Assembly: GCF_001194135.2 (NCBI RefSeq)
Contig: NC_068987.1
Coordinates: 7,464,809-7,509,894, forward strand
DNA length: 45,086 nt
Direction: 5' to 3'
Origin: Octopus bimaculoides
Taxonomy: Eukaryota
Positions within the stretch are counted from its first letter, which is position 1. Each line of letters starts with the position of its first letter. The notes under the pieces were generated by a model that saw only the letters and a list, made by a program, of their open reading frames with translations, was not told the origin of the DNA and did no database searches. This document shows positions 36,640 to 45,086 of the stretch, piece after piece. Position numbers and translations under genes: made by a program.

Positions 36640-37646
36640 GTATGTTTGTATGTATGTATGTATACTTTGTCTGTGGCGAACATACATACAAATATATGCA
36701 TGTGTACCTATAATGTGTATATATATATATATACACAAAATTAGAGAATGAAGTAGATAAAATCCGGGCTACTTATGTTCCATAGCTAACAAAACCTCGC
36801 AAGTTCCTGAAAGTTTTTTTATACCTTCTACAGACTGCTCGAAGCTTACTGACTTCCTACACCTTGATTCTTGCATCTTACCTTATATATATGTGTGTGT
36901 GTGTGTGTGTCGTAGTTTGCTGTTCTCATTCTTCTCATCTACATTAATTTGACAGGAGTGTCTTTCAATTCAGGAACAGTATACAAAATAGAACACGTTG
37001 GGAAAGAAATTACTTACACCAGGATATACTTAGAGATAGTTACTTAAAGTAGTGTTAGAATACTGTTAAAATAAACTCGAGGTGACCTGAATTGGCGTGA
37101 ATTACACGATTGCTTTACGTCAAAGCAACTCTACTTGAAAGGTATCGTACTATGTTAATGCTTCGATGAGACTAGAATTAACCACGAGAACATGAATAAA
37201 CTTTAAATTAACGACTTGCAATGTTAATACAACCAATCTTAAAGAGTATACTTTTCTAAACACAATTTGGATATATATAAAAAAAGAAAGAGTAAAACAC
37301 CAAATGACCTGATCAAACCACTTATCTATTGACAGGCGCATTGATTCTCTTCGAAGTAACGGATCGAAGATAAGACATCTTATTACATTAAATATCAACA
37401 GAAGCTTCATTATAGGCGGATTAAGTGGAGGACAAATTACCTATAAAACGGATGAGAATGCGGAGGAGGATAAAAGTTCAGCTGAGAGCAGACAAACCGT
37501 TATACCTAATTTCAGAAAGAAGACAACATAATCTCGCTATGCTGTGATATATAATGCGGCCAGTCAAATAATAGATACATAGTTCACGTTCTGTCAGTGA
37601 ATTTGCATTAGGTTTTCATCTCGAACTTGTTTAGAAAGGAATAAAG

Positions 37647-37681
<35 letters not shown>

Positions 37682-37854
37682 AGAGAGAGAGAGAGAGAGA
37701 GAGAGATCCAACATAGGCAGAATCAACAAAAGATAGACATATGTTAATGGAATCAAATCAGATTAGATCGAAGCGCTGGTTTAGAGTTTGCTGTAAAAAG
37801 AGAAAATAATATAAATTGCATATGAAACACCAATGAACTCATAAAACTAAAATA

Positions 37855-38362
37855 ACGTGAATTCATCAATGAGGAAACAGATGAGCTACTGGGAGTAGCT
37901 ACAAGAACTGAAGTTCTACTCCCTGGAAGTAAGACGAGAAAGGTAAGCAAGGATATACATAAGGAATATCCTGGAAGATCTAGAGCCCAACTTAGGAATT
38001 AAAAGGTATCCCAACCACCGAACTGGACGTCACTGCATAATACCAAAGATACTGCCTTCTTCATCTCAGATAAGGACTCAGTATTGCAAGAGCTTGGGTT
38101 TCAGCGGACCACAGCTGTTTAAAATCCTTCCAAGGAACCTAAGCGATCTACAAGGTGAAGATGTGGAGACGTTCAAAAAGCACCTGGACAAGTTTCTATC
38201 TGAAATCCCAGATAAGCCCACTTCGCGACAGGAGACACAAAGAAGAGCAGCTTCGTCCAACTCGCTTCTTCACCAAAAACAGTACCAGAAGGAGACCCCA
38301 AAACACTGAAAGGCGGCGCTCTAGCATGGTTCCAGCCTCTGGATGAAACCATTAAAGGATAA
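37855..38362 (+). mobile_element. CR1/L2-type LINE 3' end including the 3' UTR tail
   Basis: MSYWE*LQELKFYSLEVRRER...RTGRHCIIP...SLGFSGPQLFKILP...VETFKKHLDKFLSEIPDKP...; stop at 38307-38309, then AAGGCGGCGCTCTAGCATGG...TGAAACCATTAAAGG. Confidence 0.85.
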
Positions 38363-38547
38363 TCGTATAAATTTGTGTGTGTGCGTGTGCGTATGTGTGT
38401 ACGATTGCTTTCACATTCACTTTTAATACATTGCAGTTAACTGGGACAGAAATGTGTTAATCACTATTGCGTTTCGTCATAGGAGAACATCTTATCCTTT
38501 CAGATGAATATGTGTCCATAGCTTACTCGATTCATTAGAGTAAGCGG

Positions 38548-38597
38548 TTTCTGGGACGTCCAGAGTTTCGACATCCTTGTCTCTCGTCAGCCAAAGG
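38548..38597 (-). ncRNA. Candidate minimal type-I hammerhead ribozyme (Penelope-associated type)
   Basis: 5'-UUUGG CUGACGA GA GACA-AGGA-UGUC GAAA C-UCUGGAC-G UC^ CCAGA-3': both core boxes, GUC cleavage triplet, 5-bp stem I, 4-bp stem II, short stem III. Confidence 0.55.
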
Positions 38598-39059
38598 TAT
38601 TCTGGATTAGTGAATCTAACAAAAGATCGTGGCCCTTGTTTATAACTTAAGCAAACAAATTATTTGCTAATGTGTGCTAATATCTGCCAACCGTCACGAG
38701 CATGGTGCACGTCTAGAATCAAAACGATGGCTTGCATGTTTATTCTTGATACATTTCAGCAGATTCGAACGTGGAAATGGTAATCGTTGCTGCGTTTCGA
38801 CAGAAGAAAAGAAGCTCCTCAAATGAAAATTCATAAAAGTCTCGATTCAAAAGCGTTTACGTTTTGAGAAGTCTCAAGTACGATGGTTTCAAACTAAAAT
38901 GACATTTTAAAGTGGTTTGAAAATAACTTTGTACGTTGAAATGATCATTGTGAGAAGTCTTAAGAAAGAAGCATAAAAACTTTTCATGTGTATCAGGCAC
39001 TCAGTACTAAATTTGAAAGAAGTCTACTTCGATTCAGTCAAATACTACAAAGTTAAAGT

Positions 39060-39118
<59 letters not shown>

Positions 39119-39293
39119 NNNNNNNNNNNNNNNNNNNNNNNNNNNNNNNNNNNNNNNNNNNNNNNNNNNNNNNNNNNNNNNNNNNNNNNNNNNNNNNNNN
39201 NNNNNNNNNNNNNNNNNNNNNNNNNNNNNNNNNNNNNNNNNNNNNNNNNNNNNNNNNNNNNNNNNNNNNNNNNNNNNNNNNNNNNNNNNNNNN

Positions 39294-39333
<40 letters not shown>

Positions 39334-39400
39334 TAGATGTATATCTATACGTGTGTGTGGTATATATATATGCATATACGTGTGTGTGTGACTTTTTAGC

Positions 39401-39611
39401 TGTTTGTCCCCACTACCACCACCATCAGCGCTTGACAATTAGTGCTGGAGTATTTCCGTTCCCATAACTTTGCGGTTCGGCAACAGATTTCAATAGAGTA
39501 GGCACCAAGCTTTAAAAAAAAAGTACTGGGGTTGACACATTTGACTAAAAATTCTTCAAGGCGGTGCCCCAGCATGGCCGCTGTCACTAGACAGTGAAAC
39601 AAGTAAAAAAG
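39401..39611 (+). mobile_element. Family-B SINE second half, following (TG)n/(TA)n
   Basis: GCTTGACAATT...GCGGTTCGGCAA...AAGGCGGTGCCCCAGCATGGCCGC...TGAAACAAGTAAAA. Confidence 0.85.
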
Positions 39612-39634
39612 AAAAGCTGAAAGATGTGTGTGTA

Positions 39635-39670
<36 letters not shown>

Positions 39671-40129
39671 AATGGAATAAATATGAATATATATGACATT
39701 TATATATTTATACAACGCATTGGGAGAAATGAATTCTTTAGGGAGCTTAAATCACAAGAGATCAGTAAAAGTTCGATTCGGGAATATTGTTAATGGTTGC
39801 GATATATGTTCGTATACTTCCGAAATAATTGTGCGTCCGCGCGCATGTGTGTGTTTGCATTAATATTTGTTTTATGTCAAGTTAAATATGGATTTAATTT
39901 AGCATTAAGCTGAAGGACTACTCGATACATTTCATGAAGTATTTGTTTGTTAAACTTTTCCATGAGGAGCGGTGATAGTGACTTCGAAGTTTTGGTTTGC
40001 CATCCTTCGTCGTACTAGCTGAAAAAGGTTAGCCTGCCGAAGCTTTGGTGTCACTGTCACACTCTACTTCTAAAGATTTAATACACACACACACACGTAT
40101 GTGTGTATATGTGTGTACATGAATGTATG

Positions 40130-40135
40130 TATATA

Positions 40136-40196
<61 letters not shown>

Positions 40197-40354
40197 GCAT
40201 ATATATTTACTTACATCTATGTATATATATGTATGTGCATATGAATATATACCCTGTATATGGATGGATAAATATATAGATAGATCGATAGATAGATAGA
40301 TGGGTAGGTAGGTACATGGACAGATAGATAGACAGGTAGGTAGGTAGGTAGATG

Positions 40355-40388
<34 letters not shown>

Positions 40389-40450
40389 CAGGTAGGTAGA
40401 TGGATAGATAGATAGACAGGCAGGTAGGTAGATAGATGGATGGATGAGGG
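40130..40450. repeat. (TA)n and (GATA/GGTA)n microsatellites
   Basis: Direct reading. Confidence 0.92.
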
Positions 40451-40792
40451 TAAAAATAAAGGAATTTTAGTCATTTAAACGTTATTTCTTTGGTTTTCTG
40501 AACGTACTTCAACGCTAAGATCATCCCACAAATACTTTTCATATTCCCAATGTGTCTTCATTCCGTATTGAATACATAATGGCAGATACCACTTAACCAA
40601 GCAGAGTTTATTTTTAGTTTTTGTTTAAATAATTAAAGGTATTTAAATCTGACCGAGGTTATGGAGTTCCTTCGTTAGTGCAGAACTAAGATAAAAACTG
40701 CATAACTTCTACGCATTAGAATCACAAGTAAAATAGCAAAGGTTTAAGAGATTATCGAAATTACCTGGCGATCTTGACTCTTGGGAACTTAC

Positions 40793-40877
40793 CATCTCGT
40801 CTTTGTAACTCAACATCTCAAAACAATAGGAAAGTTAACGCTAACGGTAATAATGACAACAAGTACAATAATCACGA
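40793..40877 (-). other. Candidate 85-nt exon ending in ATG (unverified)
   Basis: Long pyrimidine tract ...TGTCTTTTTTCAG| and consensus donor ATG|GTAAGT. Confidence 0.3.
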
Positions 40878-41478
40878 CTGAAAAAAGACATGGTAAGAAA
40901 TATGAACAAAGGAAAAGAACTGCTATGAAGTAAATATAGATATAAATAACAAGTTTCATTTTCCTTAAGACTTTTAGAAGAATAAATATATATTGGTTTG
41001 AGTTTGCTCTTAAACTACTTGTATTAGATTACATTGGTTTGTATCTTCAGATTAGGTCTGTAGGCATCGATAATGCTGTGCATATCTGACAAAGGAATCA
41101 ATCTAATATTCTCTCTTTCACTTTCTCTGCCCCCCCCACTCTCACTCTCTCTCTCTCTGTCCACACATACACACTCACATACATATTTATATAGGAAGAC
41201 TTGTCAATATACATACACGCACACACACACACACATACATTATATATATATATATATATATATATATNNNNNNNNNNNNNNNNNNNNNNNNNNNNNNNNN
41301 NNNNNNNNNNNNNNNNNNNNNNNNNNNNNNNNNNNNNNNNNNNNNNNNNNNNNNNNNNNNNNNNNNNNNNNNNNNNNNNNNNNNNNNNNNNNNNNNNNNN
41401 NNNNNNNNNNNNNNNNNNNNNNNNNNNNNNNNNNNNNNNNTACACACATATATATATATACATACGCACGCACACCCA

Positions 41479-41717
41479 CAGGGTGTTTGTTCAAAAAGTC
41501 TCTCCGCAGTGATTTTTTTCATCCTGCGCATCACCTTGGCACTACGTGAAGAGTTTTTCCGTGGATGGATTATTTCGAAGGGACTTTGGCCACCAAGATC
41601 ACCTAATTTAAAACCGCTAGACATGTTTTCTTCTGGGGACCAAGTAAAGGATCAGTGTACAAGAATCGCCTGAAAACCATTAAATACTTACTGCGGAGAG
41701 ACTTTTTGAACATCCAA
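41479..41717 (+). mobile_element. 239-bp internally deleted Tc1/mariner element (probably DD41D/rosa-like) retaining a transposase fragment
   Basis: TIRs CAGGGTGTTTGTTCAAAAAGTCTCTCCGCAGT / ACTGCGGAGAGACTTTTTGAACATCCAA|TA; interior EEFFRGWIISKGLWPPRSPNLKPLD then, after a frameshift, FFWGPSKGSVYKNRLKTI. Confidence 0.85.
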
Positions 41718-41963
41718 TATATATCGTTTTTTTTAATATATACATTTATGCATGTATATCTCAGCTTGCTTATTTTGGAAAATTTTACGTTTGCATAGTC
41801 GGAACATTGCTTAATATAACGGAATGGTTTGAGGACAAATTTATGAGTAACTGAATATTTTAATACTCTGTACAACTCTATATTCCCATGCCAATGTTTG
41901 AGAATGTGTGCGCATATATACATATGAAAATGCATACATACATACACACACACATATATAAGC

Positions 41964-42007
<44 letters not shown>

Positions 42008-42046
42008 GCTTATTTACATGCATATATCTATTATACTTATATACAA

Positions 42047-42433
42047 CTCTCTTTTACTCTTTTACTTGTTTCAGTCATTTGACTGCGGCCATGCTGGAGC
42101 ACCACCTTTAGTCGAAGAAATCGACCCCAGGACTTATTCATTGTAAGCCTAGTACTTATTCTATCGGTCTCTTTTGCCGAACCGCTAAGTGACGGGAACG
42201 TAAACACCACCATCGGTTGTCANNNNNNNNNNNNNNNNNNNNNNNNNNNNNNNNNNNNTATACATATACATATATACGACGGGCTTCTTTCAGTTTCCGT
42301 CTACCAAATCCACTCACAAGGCTTTGGTCGGCCCGAGGCTATAGTAGAAGACACTTGCCCAAGATGCCACGCAGTGGGACTGAACCCGGAACCATGTGGT
42401 TGGTAAGCAAGCTACTTACCACACAGCCACGGC
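42047..42433 (-). mobile_element. Young full-length family-B SINE with an internal microsatellite/gap
   Basis: Head 42277-42433, second half 42047-42222, (AGTAAAAG)n tail. Confidence 0.92.
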
Positions 42434-43090
42434 ATATTCTCAGCTCAAACTAAAACCAGAACTTTACGGAGTTGAAAACAGAGCCCCTAACCAACTCCCT
42501 AAATAAGAACGTCATCCAAAATTAGAAAAAAAAATTAGCATACATATCTAAAATAATAAATATGCTGCAGGAAACGTATAGAAAATTGTTCAGAAAGTGA
42601 AAGTAGACAATAGAGTTTATTGTTTGACTCAAGGTGAAGCGTGCATCACATGCAAAGACAAGAAGAAAACTGCTTCCGACCGTATATGCAAATTAATCTA
42701 ATCGATTAGCATACGTAGTGGATTAGAGGCATATAGCGTTGGATTTCAGTAAGATTCAGAATCGGCTTAATTAATATGCTTATCTTAAATTGTATTAATT
42801 GTAATAATTGTAAGATTATGGGGTTAAGCTATTTCCAGCAACAGAATAACACTAGCATTACCATTAGTTAGTTTTAGAGCTGTAATTATAGGAATTACTC
42901 CAGCTTTACCCATTTTGATAATATCGAATTATTCTTTATATCTAAAAGCCTATGGGTGTTGAGAGCTCTACAATTTGCTAATTTATATAACAGTGCAGCT
43001 GACATGCGTGCGGAGATACTTTGAACTATGAGAAAATACAAATTAGCGACAAAGACGCTAGCGTTCTTTTAAAGAAAAATATCAGAGTTC

Positions 43091-43430
43091 GCAGGAGTGG
43101 TTGTGTGGTAAGTAGCTCTGCGTGGCACCTTGGGCAAGATTCTTCTACTATAGCCTCGGGTCGATCAAAGCCTTATGAGTGGATTTGGTAGATGGAAACT
43201 GGAAGAAGCCCGTCGTATATATGTAAATATATGCGAGTGTCTTCGTGTCTTGGTTTGTTCACCAACACCGCTTGTGTTTACGTACCCATAACCTAGCGGC
43301 TTGGCAAGAGAGTTCAATAGAATAAGTACTGTGCTTAAAAAATGTACTGGGGTCGATTAATTCGACTAAAAAGATCCTTCAAGGCCGTGCCCCAGCATGG
43401 CCGCAATCTCCTGACTTAAGTGAACGATAA
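43091..43430 (+). mobile_element. Family-B SINE with the B-box region deleted
   Basis: GTGGTAAGTAGC joined directly to CTGCGTGGCACCTTGGGCAAG; both halves present. Confidence 0.88.
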
Positions 43431-43545
43431 AAAATATGTTTTCTAGATTCACTTGAAGATACATCTACTACAATAGATACAGACACATACAAAGATGGTA
43501 TATCAGTTATATCCCAGTATCTACGGGTATGCATTGTATACTCTT

Positions 43546-43819
43546 ATCCTCCACCTCATCATCATCATGGACAATAGTGTCTCAAATCCGAAGACTAATA
43601 GGACTGGTTACCCGGTTTCCATGGTGTATAAGCGACCTTGGTCACAATATTTCCCTTGAACGGGTTCGTCATTTATAGATGTGTATACTGGAGCTGTGGG
43701 AAATGAAGTATTTTGCTCAAGATCACCACGCACCGCCCGGTCCGAGAATCGAAAGCACGATCTTGCGATCGTGAATGCCTGAATGCAACGCCCTAACCAC
43801 TAGGCCACGCACATTCACT
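43546..43819 (-). mobile_element. C-like tRNA-derived SINE with (GAT)n tail and probable 13-bp TSD
   Basis: Reverse complement head GTGGCCTAGTGGTTAGGGCG, TTCGATTCTCGGACC, tail TATACACCATGGAAACCGGG; TSD ATTGTATACTCTT (43533) / ATTGCATACTTTT (43820). Confidence 0.8.
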
Positions 43820-44590
43820 ATTGCATACTTTTGGAGATGTTGATAAGAAGTAATGTTTATCCCAACTTCAACATTATTCTTACTGCAATTTTAACCCCTT
43901 GGGTGGACGCCGCCTCCCGCTGGTTATTCAATGCACGGAACAGTCATGGTGAAGGGGTGATAGCTACTACTTTCATCTCTTATAGGGATTTTCTATGTTA
44001 ATAAGGTTTTCTCTAATTAGTTGGTATACAATTAGAGAAATCTAATTAACATCTTCAATAGCTTCAGCCTAAAATTAACTACGAAAACGAAATTATATGT
44101 AGCAAATCTCTTACACTAAACAGAACGCCAAACAAGTACAAGTCATATAGAAAGTTTAATGAAAACCTAACATATTAACAAGAATCCTACTTGCTACCCA
44201 TGGTTTTCAAAGACTTCACTGTTAATATCTATAGAAAATCTCTAACCTCTCATTGAATAAAGCAAACGTAAACAGCGCGACGTAGCTTCAACTACAATAA
44301 AACAGTTGAAGCTTGTGTTTTTAAGGTTGAGAACGCTTATACTCTTCAATTTCCATACCATCCTATATCAATAATAGACACCATTATATTAACTGGTTCA
44401 CACAGATCTTAAGTCTAATGTTGAAAAACTTTCCTGGTCTTAATAAATAAACATTTTCCAAATAAGCATTAATGCAGAAAAATATTCAATAGAAATAACT
44501 TTAAGCCGAATTTCAGTGGTGTAGTAATATGAAAAGGTAAGCGTTTATCTACAAAGCAGAACTCAGTTCCATTATACCAAACCATTGTGT

Positions 44591-44818
44591 GTAAATATTG
44601 TTTGTAGGGAGGAATGTAAATTCTGACAAACTCGCTTCGAACATACTTCTTCCCTCAGAAATATAGAATACAGAAATACAATAAATCAATTCAATTGCAT
44701 TTGATAATTGAAATAACATGCTACTACATTCGACATTGAGCACAAGGTCTTCGAGCGAAGCAAACCATATGGAAATGGTACAAAACGTTGTGGTATACGT
44801 ATAGCTGTAAAAAACTAG
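44591..44818 (+). mobile_element. Penelope-like element GIY-YIG endonuclease C-terminal remnant
   Basis: EECKF*QTRFEHTSSLRNIEYRNT...LK*HATTFDIEHKVFERSKPYGNGTKRC matches the FK.R..NH.SSF.N..Y.N.T.LS..IW.LK...I.W.I...PY.NG.KRC pattern of PLE endonucleases; several stops. Confidence 0.7.
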
Positions 44819-45086
44819 TGAGAAATAATTATGAACTTTTCTTTTATTACACTTTAAAAAAAAATTTTTTTTGATAAGGTTCGCTTTTTCAAGAGGAACC
44901 TAAACATGTTAAATATCTCCGAGAAAATTAAAATGAAAATTTATCTTATATAGTGGCGTTTTCAAACTTCTTTTTTATAAATATATACCCACTCGTATGC
45001 CATCTACACTTTTTATAAATATATATACATGATGATTCAAAAGTCTCCATTCATAGGAAAAATTTATTTTTTTATAAGAAACAGTT

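Noticed and set aside
37015-37062. Minus-strand micro-exon with good splice sites (TTTTAACAG ... GTAAGT)
   Set aside because: Stops in all three frames; shows such site pairs occur by chance

Overview
AT-rich, repeat-saturated eukaryotic DNA from a draft assembly with 15 N-gaps, mostly flanked by microsatellites. The SINE families and microsatellite load suggest a cephalopod, probably Octopus (inference, not proven). I find no intact multi-exon gene, rRNA, true tRNA or CRISPR array. Most entries in the ORF track are artefacts of simple repeats or N runs. The window contains about 25 tRNA-derived SINE copies or fragments in four modular working families (A-D), LINE remnants (RTE, CR1/L2, Tx1/L1, Penelope), Tc1/mariner DNA transposons and MITEs, a possible BEL/Pao scrap and many micro/minisatellites. 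Best leads: (1) a candidate minimal type-I hammerhead ribozyme (minus strand, 38548-38597) alongside Penelope remnants; (2) a perfect 41-bp-arm palindrome (19248-19331); (3) a CR1/L2 3' end whose tail matches the family-B SINE tail; (4) SINE module shuffling and a TSD-flanked SINE dimer; (5) a 239-bp Tc1/mariner derivative that keeps the WPPRSP catalytic segment; (6) weak, phase-compatible minus-strand exon candidates. All family assignments come from motif recognition by eye; no database searches were run.
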